Shown piece by piece: positions 11,590 to 21,955 of a DNA stretch of 34,705 bases. The number at the start of each line of letters is the position of its first letter. Position 1 is the first letter of the stretch. The translations under genes and the position numbers were made by a program. Location: sequence record SRR20825019_2818; one strand, given 5' to 3'. The notes under the pieces are model-generated. The model searched no databases, was not told the origin of the DNA, and worked only from the letters and a program-made list of their open reading frames with translations.

Positions 11590-12200
11590 TCAGCGTCCTA
11601 CCGGTCCTGCCGTGCTACTGCCCGGCCGCCCCGCGGCGGCACAGTTGAGCCAACCTGCGCGCCCGCGGCCCCGGGGCGCGGGGGCCGGGCGGCGGGCGGC
11701 GGGCGGCGCCCCTCGCCGCGGGCGGCGCCCGGGCCCCTCCGCGAGCCGGGCCGGGCCCGGCGGGGGCGGGGCCACGGCCGGCCGGGGGCCGGCCCACCTG
11801 GACCAAACCGCTAGCGAGAAAAAGGGTCGTGATTCGAATGTCCGACTGCTTTTGGTCGTGACGGTTACCGGTGATCGTGAAGTGAAGTGCCGTGCGTCCC
11901 GGGCAGCCGGTGGCGGGGCGCCCCCGGCCAGGCGGCGGGGCCGCGCCGGCGACTGCCGGTCCTGACGAGACTGATGATTGATGACTGTGAGCCACGGAGC
12001 GGCTCCCTCGGACCGTGGACCGGCGCCGTGGTGGCCCGGCTGCAAGGGCCGGGTCGCTGCTGGTCCACGTGCCTGCGATGCGCTGACCCGAAAGATCATT
12101 TCAGTTTGACACCCTCAGACGCCCGAAAAAGGCAGAGGCTGGCTGTCACTGAACCGGCACTGGTCGCGGCTGGTTGGGTCGCAGCATAATCTGGCTGAGC
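11590..12200. promoter_or_regulatory. GC-rich spacer / putative bidirectional promoter
   Basis: Near-pure G/C runs between divergent ATGs at 11493 (-) and 12345 (+). Confidence 0.45.
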
Positions 12201-12344
12201 ATAGTCTTTCACGAAGGTGAGGGGGGCATATCCACTCACATGGGCCAGCACTCAGCAAATGTGACTCACATAGTCACCAAACCCCACTAACCTGTAGTTA
12301 AGTAACAGACCCTGCCTGGAAATAGTTAGGAAGAGACGAAATCA

Positions 12345-12641
12345 ATGCCCCAGGCAAAGAAAGCCGCACAAGCAGGTATGGAAACCTCGGTGATGTGTGG
12401 ACGTGCACTGAGTATAGACACAGAGTCGAGCGCCGACGAGGACATAACTGTCAAGGAGTGGTGTAAGCAAAGGCTGGATCACCATATAGCAGTATGTGCC
12501 CCATGTTCGTTTACGTTGGTCGAATACTCACACAAAACGCAGCTGCTGAGACAGTCAACGGAAGGTCTCATTGATGAATTTGTCAAGATGGCAGAGGAAG
12601 AGAAACAGAAGCTTAAGGGCGGGCTTTTGGCCGAGCAGTAG
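12345..12641 (+). CDS. Small (67 aa spliced) helical protein resembling the Survivin/Bir1/BORI C-terminal helix
   Basis: ATG in AATCAATG context; introns 12376-12417 (GTATGG..TAG) and 12492-12542 (GTATGT..CAG) give MPQAKKAAQADTESSADEDITVKEWCKQRLDHHIALLRQSTEGLIDEFVKMAEEEKQKLKGGLLAEQ. Confidence 0.6.
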   Translation: MPQAKKAAQAGMETSVMCGRALSIDTESSADEDITVKEWCKQRLDHHIAVCAPCSFTLVEYSHKTQLLRQSTEGLIDEFVKMAEEEKQKLKGGLLAEQ

Positions 12642-12716
12642 CCAGTACTAACCAACAGAATATACAAATGAACACAATGCAAAAGGTTTGCTTGCAAAGA
12701 TGACTTATTTTCTAAT

Positions 12717-14435
<1,719 letters not shown>

Positions 14436-14772
14436 ATTGACAGGTATAAGCCCACCAAGACAAGCAAGTGCACATATATATTAGGAACCAAAACGAAGAA
14501 GTAGAGATTGTCGTGATCAAGGCACTCCGGCTGTCCGTGTTCATTTGGCGAGGCCCAACTCGCTCTGACTCGCAGCCGCCAGATCCCGACGCGACTCGGG
14601 ACGGCCCGGAATCCGGGACGACGGTCGAATGATTGGCGATCGGGCGTGGCCCGGGCCGACCCTACATCCGCGGTCACTGCATACCGGCACTGCGCGCTGT
14701 GCTTGCAATTTGTTACCAAGACGTCACACGGTGAGGGCTCAGGGCTCAGGGCTGCTGTAGGGCCCTAATCAT

Positions 14773-14801
14773 TATAACGAATATTTATGTATAACGAATA
14801 T
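14773..14801 (+). repeat. 12-bp direct repeat TATAACGAATAT, two copies
   Basis: Exact copies at 14773-14784 and 14790-14801 in an AT-rich patch inside a divergent intergenic spacer. Confidence 0.7.
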
Positions 14802-15373
14802 CAATTTGAAGGGTTCCTTTTCCTCCTCTCTTTTCCTCTTTGACTCTTAAGACGGCTAGCCAGCCATGACCAGCTAGCTATCAGAGGCTGATGACACCGC
14901 AACTGACAGGCCATCATGACCAGGATCATCATACTGGTGCCAGCGAGTGTCATTGACGCCGCGTCAGCCCCGAGAAGCATAGGCCGGCCACTCGCTCACG
15001 CTGTCACGAGTCAGCCGTACCACAAGGCACGTTTTGAACCAGGTTTAGGGCTGAGTTGCCAACGGTCGTCGTTGTCGTTACTGTCGGCTCGCAATGAGGC
15101 AAGGACTGCGGTCAACCAGCATGATGGTGGTGTGCATGGGAAGGCTGGCTAGTGAATGATCAATCTGCACCCTAGACGCCTCTCAATCGCAGTGTTGCAG
15201 CTCACCTTGCTCTAAGGGAGTACACCTCCTCAGCACTGCCAAACTCACCCACACCACGCCTTTCCAACCATCGCGCTTTTGCTGTTGCTCAGGCCGACAC
15301 TGTTCGTAAGTTTATAAGTAAAGGATTCGTGAAAATGTCAATACTTAGATCGTTACGGCCTCAAAAGTCAACC

Positions 15374-16426
15374 ATGAATGCCAGTGGAGATTTTGCGCTG
15401 CAACGCCTAGATGAAGCTGCTAAGCGTCTTCAGAAGGAGGGAAAGTTTCTTGAAGCCCTGGAGTGTGCCGAACGTGCTTTGCTCATGAGGAAAGATATGT
15501 ACGGGTTCAGCTCAGAGGAGGTCGCTGCCTCCTGCAAGCAGGTCGCAGACATGTGCAACTCTCTAGGTATGGCGTACCTTCAACGAGAGAACTACAGCAT
15601 GGCTCTCGAGCTGCTAAAGAAAGCGGAGATTCTTGCAGAGCGACATGACGCTGTTAGGGCTGTGACCTACAACAATCTGGCCTGCTACTACAGGCGGCAG
15701 GGAAAACTCCGCACATCTCTACAGTACCTTCAGAAGGCTTTGAAGTGCGAAGGACGTGCTTTGAGCAACTCTGCTGATACCCATCTCAATCTTTGTGCCA
15801 TTTTATCTCAGCTTGGAAAGCACAGTGCTGCCCTGGAGCACGCACAAGCTGCTCTGATTTTGCTTCAGGAGGAGTTGTTCTCCCAGCAGTCGAATACCGC
15901 ACAACAGCAGGGCAAGACGGAGGTGAAGTCTACATATATGGATCGTCTGGCCGTTTTGGCCATTGCTTATCACAACATGGGTGTTGAGCAGGAATTTTTG
16001 AAGCGCTATGATCTTTGCCTGGAGTCTTATCGCAAGGCCGTAGAAATGGCCGAGAAGCATCTTGGTCGTAAGAGTGATATCACAATTACTCTCGCCAACT
16101 CATACAACCAAGCTAAGGGACAGGTCGCTGAGGTTGCTATGAAGGCAAGGAAAAAGGGTGGGGTTGTCGGTGCACCGGGTGGTATGGGCAGTGGCATGAA
16201 TGCCGGCCTTGGTGGATCGTACATGAACCAGTCCGGAGGCCGGGGAGGCCCGGGCTTCAACAATCTGAGTGTGAAGGTACCAGGGTCTGGACCTAGCACC
16301 GAGGGAACGGGATCATCACAGAACTCTGTATACTTTGATATCATTTCACCCCGGGGTGCAAATGGTGGGGATGATGGGATGGCCGGCATGAATCACTTGA
16401 GTAACTTCTCTTCCATGGATCAATAA
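15374..16426 (+). CDS. Tetratricopeptide-repeat protein (kinesin-light-chain-like TPRs) with Gly-rich C-terminal tail
   Basis: TPR helices: TYNNLACYYRRQGKLRTSLQYLQKAL, ADTHLNLCAILSQLGKHSAALEHAQAAL, AIAYHNMGVEQEFLKRYDLCLESYRKAV; ATG in ACCATG context at 15374. A possible 5'UTR intron lies at about 15307-15348. Confidence 0.85.
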   Translation: MNASGDFALQRLDEAAKRLQKEGKFLEALECAERALLMRKDMYGFSSEEVAASCKQVADMCNSLGMAYLQRENYSMALELLKKAEILAERHDAVRAVTYNNLACYYRRQGKLRTSLQYLQKALKCEGRALSNSADTHLNLCAILSQLGKHSAALEHAQAALILLQEELFSQQSNTAQQQGKTEVKSTYMDRLAVLAIAYHNMGVEQEFLKRYDLCLESYRKAVEMAEKHLGRKSDITITLANSYNQAKGQVAEVAMKARKKGGVVGAPGGMGSGMNAGLGGSYMNQSGGRGGPGFNNLSVKVPGSGPSTEGTGSSQNSVYFDIISPRGANGGDDGMAGMNHLSNFSSMDQ

Positions 16427-17014
16427 ACTGCATAGAAGCACAACAGTTGCTGAATATGGGCGTGTGGCCCCCGCTTTTCATCAACGCCGAGGGCAGCAAG
16501 CTCGAATCTACTAAGCGGCGGCGCCAGAGGTTTGAGTCATTTTTTTCTGCCCCCCTTGCACTTCATGAAGAGTGTGGTGAAATACGTCTCAGTATACGAG
16601 GCTTAGCATCTTGTTTCTACACACCCGCTTCTAATAATAGCATACCGTAATGATAATCAGTAATCACAGTCAGTGCCCAGCCTCGGCAAAGTTTGACTCA
16701 GCGGTGCCCCCGGCACGGCGGGTGGCGGCCCGACGGCGGCCGCCGGCCCACCAAGGCGTCGCCGGCGGGGCGGCGGATCCGGCCGCTGGCCGGGCCCCGC
16801 GGACCCGGCCGTGCGACTGAGTGTGCGCCCGGGCCCGGCCCGGGGGGCGGCCGGGCCGGCACGGGAGGGGCATGCGGACCGTGGTTATCAGACAGTGCGG
16901 CTCCGGGCGTTGGCGGCCCGCCGCCCCCCGCACCTGGACAAGGCCAGCACATCGAGTTTACTAATAAGAATAAGTCTTAATTTGATTTACTCAGTATCCC
17001 TTTAGCTTACTAAA

Positions 17015-17664
17015 ATGGAGCTCTGGGACGTAACCTTGCTTGGTGCCCTTGTTTTGACCAATGCCATTATTTCTTATGCAATAGCAGTTTCAGTTGTGAA
17101 GTCCGAGGGCGCTACACAAAAACAAAAGGAGTCTCGCAAAACCAAACCTGTTTTCAGAACTATCAGTGACGTTGACGGCTCTATTGATAGGTTGCCGCCA
17201 GTCCCGAACTCCTGCCATGTCGTAACGGATGGGCAATATGCTTTCTTTTCTGGGGCCTTGCCTTTCGTAGATGGGGCTACAGAAGTTGATTCTGATGGTA
17301 AGCTGGTATTTAAGGCGCTCATATGCTCTCTGCTGAGTGTGCAAACGCAGCTGGCGTAACCGAACAAACACATGTTGCAATCCGGGTCATTCGGAGTGGC
17401 CTGGGTTATTTGGGCTCCAGCATGAACAGTATATGCTTTTTGACTGTTCAGTTAGGGGACATCAGCGATCTTGAGGAAGTCGATCGTGCACTTTCTATGT
17501 ACTGGATGGAAGACGAGGTAAGCCATATTCTGTGTGTCAACTCTGTACTTGTCAACGTCTCAAACGGACGCCAGATGCCAGCGCGAAGTGTAGTGGGAGG
17601 GTGCGCACTGCAAGGCAATGCCCTTGTACAATTTTCTGCTATTGCGCGACACAAGTGCGACTGA
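17015..17664 (+). CDS. RidA/YjgF/UK114-family protein with an N-terminal hydrophobic anchor; 3 exons
   Basis: Introns 17298-17350 and 17518-17574; YAFFSGALPF, GVTEQTHVAIR, TVQLGDISDLEEVDRALSMYW, MPARSVV (conserved Arg), LQGNALVQFSAIA. Confidence 0.8.
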
Positions 17665-17748
17665 GTCAGAAGGTGCGATCATTGACCAGAATACCCCAGC
17701 GAACACCGATCTGGGAATACGACGCAGTTTACTTTGTTCGTTCACAAG

Positions 17749-18909
17749 TTATCTTGTGGAAGCACCGTTTTTCTTCTGCTGAACCTCTTCGACAGTGAGA
17801 GGGAGATAGTAAATGGGCGGCTTGGTCGTTGTTTTCCTAAACAGCTCATCTAGAGACACAACCTTGCGACTGGGTTCTGCAGGCTGTGCGACCGGTCGAT
17901 TACCCGTTCCTGACGAAGTCCCACCACCTCCGGCGCGCCTCCGCTCCTCTACACTTCGTAAAACAGCTTCCCGTGCCCGCTGCTCCGCTGAAATGTTGCC
18001 CTCCTTATGTTCCTCCAGTTTCTCTCGAGTGGTAAACTCTGGAAGTAGTCTACGGCCGGTCCGCTCAGGCCACTTCAAATCAAACAACCCTACCCTCGCC
18101 TTTTCAGCCTCGCTTGGCGATGCAAACCTAACGATGCAATGCGACTTAATTTGGTTAAGCCACATATCCTCTACACTACCGTAACTTCCAAGCAGTTCCT
18201 TCAACTGGCCATTCGTGAATGGGCGCACAAAGTTGACGACCGACAGGGCATCCGTCCACTTGCCCTCCTCAACTTCCGGCGCGGCTTTGCGCTCTTCCTC
18301 TCCTGCTCCGCTGTTTCTGTTGCTCCATTTCCCCCTCTTGTTCTCTTCATAGTTGTCGCCATTGGAGTCACGCCCCCGCTTAAGGCCCCGATCTTGACGA
18401 CCAGTATCCATTTCACGATCAACTGCTGAAACCTTCGGTCGTGACGGGGCGGCTTCCTTCTCCTTTTCATGCTTGTCCTTGTTCACATCAGACTCTTTCT
18501 GGTCCTCTGGTGAACTATCATCCTCATAGTCGATCTCGTCCTTGCCTTCGTCAATGAGAGAAACGAGAGGCATTTCGGCATCAACAACAGGCTTATTCGC
18601 TGCTTTCTTTGCAGGACTCTCATCTGCCTTCTTGACTGGGCTTGCTTTCTTTATACTGGCAGCCTTATTAGCTGGACTGGCGGTATTCTTGGCTGCAACT
18701 GAAGGGCTGGCGGCGGCGTCCTCCTTATCCTTAGTTTTATCTTGGTCATCGCCTCCGGAAGTTTGCCTTTCTTTTGACTCAATATCCTCCTTCAAACGAT
18801 TATAAAGATCATTCTTCAAACCGCTGGTATCTAGACCCCTTCTTGTTAGTTCCGCTTTCAGTTCCGCGACTTTCAATTTGCTAGCATCCTTCACGGATAG
18901 CTCTGTCAT
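17749..18909 (-). CDS. ACIN1: Acinus-like ASAP/EJC-associated splicing factor (SAP + RRM + RSB motif), intronless
   Basis: SAP: SKLKVAELKAELTRRGLDTSGLKNDLYNRL. RRM: VVNFVRPFTNGQLKELL...WLNQIKSHCIV. RSB motif: SLDELFRKTTTKPPIYYLPLT. Confidence 0.9.
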   Translation of the reverse strand: MTELSVKDASKLKVAELKAELTRRGLDTSGLKNDLYNRLKEDIESKERQTSGGDDQDKTKDKEDAAASPSVAAKNTASPANKAASIKKASPVKKADESPAKKAANKPVVDAEMPLVSLIDEGKDEIDYEDDSSPEDQKESDVNKDKHEKEKEAAPSRPKVSAVDREMDTGRQDRGLKRGRDSNGDNYEENKRGKWSNRNSGAGEEERKAAPEVEEGKWTDALSVVNFVRPFTNGQLKELLGSYGSVEDMWLNQIKSHCIVRFASPSEAEKARVGLFDLKWPERTGRRLLPEFTTREKLEEHKEGNISAEQRAREAVLRSVEERRRAGGGGTSSGTGNRPVAQPAEPSRKVVSLDELFRKTTTKPPIYYLPLTVEEVQQKKNGASTR

Positions 18910-19079
18910 ACTGAAGCGCGAGATATAGTATTGCTACGGAGATATGCAGTTATATCATACTCTAGCTTCAACTGCGCATTTTTGATTTTGCTAGTCACAC
19001 AAGGCGGAAGGCTGACGAGTGTGAGTTTAATCCGTAAAACAAACCTGACAGGAAGGCTGTTGGCTTGCGGCCACTAGAC

Positions 19080-19960
19080 AAATAGTACACCGCTGCTGGC
19101 AGCGGCCGAGCATCCCATTGAGCTGGCCGCCGACTTGGGCACAACTTTCGCCCAACCTAACCCTGCCGGCCGGGTGTCGGCCGCGGCTGGCATCTCAGCC
19201 TGGGAGTGAGTTGACTCGCCGTCCGGCGTTTGGCGCCGGTCACACGGTCTCCCCGGCGGCACCACGCCCAGCCGGTCTCGGTGCGGCCTGCCCGGCTGCG
19301 GGCGGGCGCCCCGACCGGGGACTGAGGTGGTGCCCGGCTCCGGTTGCAAGTCGCCGCCGGGCCGGCCGCGGCGGGCAGCCGGACCGCCCGGGAAGCGCAG
19401 GGCCGCCCGAGGCGGCCGCGGGCGCGCGGGCCGCTGCGCTCACCTCGCCGGCCGGGCGGCCGGGCCGGCCGGGGCGCGCCGCCCCCGGAAGGACGCGGCA
19501 GGGTCTGCGGGGGCCGGGCCACCAATGCCGGCCGCCGCTGGCGTCTGGGTTTGGCGTCAGCGTTCCTCCCGGAACCTCCCCTTCCTCGTTCCCCTTCCCT
19601 TGAGGTCTTCGAGCTGCTTCTTATCGCTTTGTGTGGATTTGAGGTTATATTGAGAGCGTTCCGATTCGAGGAGGGGCCATGGTTATGATGGTCGGCATCT
19701 TGTCTCTGTTTCGCTGTGGAGGTGCACGGACTGGACCTCCTCGACCTCCTCGTGATTCGGCAACCACGGCACTCAGCAGTGCTAGCGGCCCGGCTCGGAC
19801 GGCGAAGGCTGAACCGTGCCGGCACGCGCCCATACCCCTTGACCACCTAGGCGGCGGCAACGGGCCCGGCGCGGCTGGACAATGAGCTGAGCGGTCGTGG
19901 GGCCCGTCTGTGGGCACGCAGGCCGACCCGCAAAGGCCGTGGCACCGCAATCACTTCGGA
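19080..19960. promoter_or_regulatory. GC-rich spacer / putative bidirectional promoter (Acinus and lectin)
   Basis: GC-rich stretch between divergent ATGs at 18909 (-) and 20024 (+). Confidence 0.45.
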
Positions 19961-20023
19961 AGGATCCTTGCATCACTTTAATTATATCTTTTTTTAACTC
20001 CGAGTGAGGGTCAAGGCAATACC

Positions 20024-21864
20024 ATGGCTGGCAAGTACTTAGCAGGCGCAGTACTGGTCGCTGTCTTGGTGGCAGCTGTTGCTGGACGAGAAGACGTACC
20101 TCTCACTGATCACTCTTTCTATCCTCCTTTCAAGACAGGCACGGGGAGGGCGGATATTCCGAACTGGAACTACGGATTTGACTCAGTCTTGAGTAGGGAC
20201 GCGCTCACTCTTACCCCTCCTTTCGAGGAGAAACTAGGCTTCGTGTATAATGAGAAACCGGTGAAGAACTTGCACTGGGCTGTTGAGATTCAATTTTCTG
20301 TGTCAGGAAGCACAGAAATCACAGACTCAGAGGGTCTCGCCTTTTGGTATGTAGATCAACCGCACAAGATTGTGGCTAGCTCCAACGAGACTCGCGGTTA
20401 CTTTTCCGGCATCGGTGTTTTCTTCGATACATTTGACGACCACCTCCAGATCAACAACTCTTTCGTTTGGACAATGACGAACGATGGCACAAAGGAGTAC
20501 GGCCATCAGCACGCAGAGTACGACGATGAGGATGAGCCAGCAGCCTGCATAATGGACTTCCGTAACCGTCCATTGGTAACTGCTCGTATTTCCTATGTGG
20601 ACCGAACCTTGCAGGTTTCTCTCGATCTTGAGAGCAATGATGACTTCACAAACTGCTTCACTATCCATGATATTGACCTTCCGCGTGGTTTGCACTACGG
20701 CTTGTCTTCATCAACTGGTAAATTTGAGGATAGCTATAGCTTATATAGCTTCAGAACTTTCGAGCGAAGCGGGACTGACAGGGATGCTGATGTGGCTCCT
20801 GGCCACCATCTCCAAGGTGCTATTGAGCCACCCCATATTTCCTCTGTCAAGGAGATTACAAAGCCTCTTGAAGTCGAGATTGAACAGCTCAAGGATGAGG
20901 TGAACCGGCTCCAGGCTGAATTGAGCAGTGCACGCCACGATAAGCACTCTTTGGAGATGCAATTGCAAGAAGAGAAGACTAGACGGGTTAGTTCGTTGAA
21001 TGTATCATATATTTGTATGAAATCTCACAATATGTGCTTTTTAGGCCCACCTCGAGAAGACCGCTGACTTGCACAGGGCAGAGGGTTCCAGTGAAGGAGG
21101 AGATTCTAGCACTATAGTCAAGCAGTTGGAATCACTGTTGAACACTCACTTGGAGAAAGACTTAGAGAACCAACGTGCAAGGTGCGGAACAAGGCCTCTC
21201 TTGGGTGCTTAGGGTCAACTGACTGTGGTATTTTCCAGCATGGATGCTTACGAGCGGGTTTTCAAGTATGAGGAAGAGCTGGATGCGAAAAGGCGCAACT
21301 TCCAGGACGAGGCCACACGCAGCCTGTCGACGTTGCATCAAGAGCTGCGCGAGACTCATGAGATGATCAATCATATCGCGAAGAATTTGGGTAATGCCGT
21401 AGAGAATGTTGGTAGCGGGAATGGTGGTGGTGGTGGCCATCATATCAAGAGTCTGGAGGATAAGTTGATGGCCAAATTGCTGAAGCACACAGAGCACCTA
21501 AATGTCCTACAGTAAGTTGTCAGAAGTGCTAGTACCGTACGGCTTGGGTGCTCATGCGTGCCGCAGTGATACCGTATCCGACATTAAGCACGCCAAGGGT
21601 GGGTCCTTGCCACCTATGGGACCTCAATTGGAGGAGTTCCAGAAGGAGTTTAAGCAAATGAAGGAACACGTGGAACGGTCCAAGAAGCAACAGGAAGAGC
21701 TGGCGGATACTGTCAGAGTCTCGCACCAGAAGATCAGCGAGTCTATTGAGACCCACGGTCGCATTGGGTTCTGGACATACTTTCTATTTATCCAGGTGGC
21801 GTTTGGACTTGGCTATATTTTCTACGCTAAGTACAGGGAGGAGAAGAAGTCCCATCTGTTCTAA
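20024..21864 (+). CDS. L-type lectin cargo receptor (ERGIC-53/LMAN1/VIP36-like), type I membrane protein; 4 exons
   Basis: Signal peptide MAGKYLAGAVLVAVLVAAVAG; lectin motifs LTLTP, GLAFWY, FSGIGVFFDTFD, CIMDFRN, LPRGLHYGLSSSTG; long coiled-coil stalk; TM FWTYFLFIQVAFGLGYIFY; short tail KYREEKKSHLF*. Confidence 0.85.
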
Positions 21865-21955
21865 GTGTGTTGGGGTGTTGACTAGAAAATCAATACAACA
21901 TGCTAATTCACAACCCGTTGTATGTTGTATATTCACTTAATGTTTATCCGCTTCT

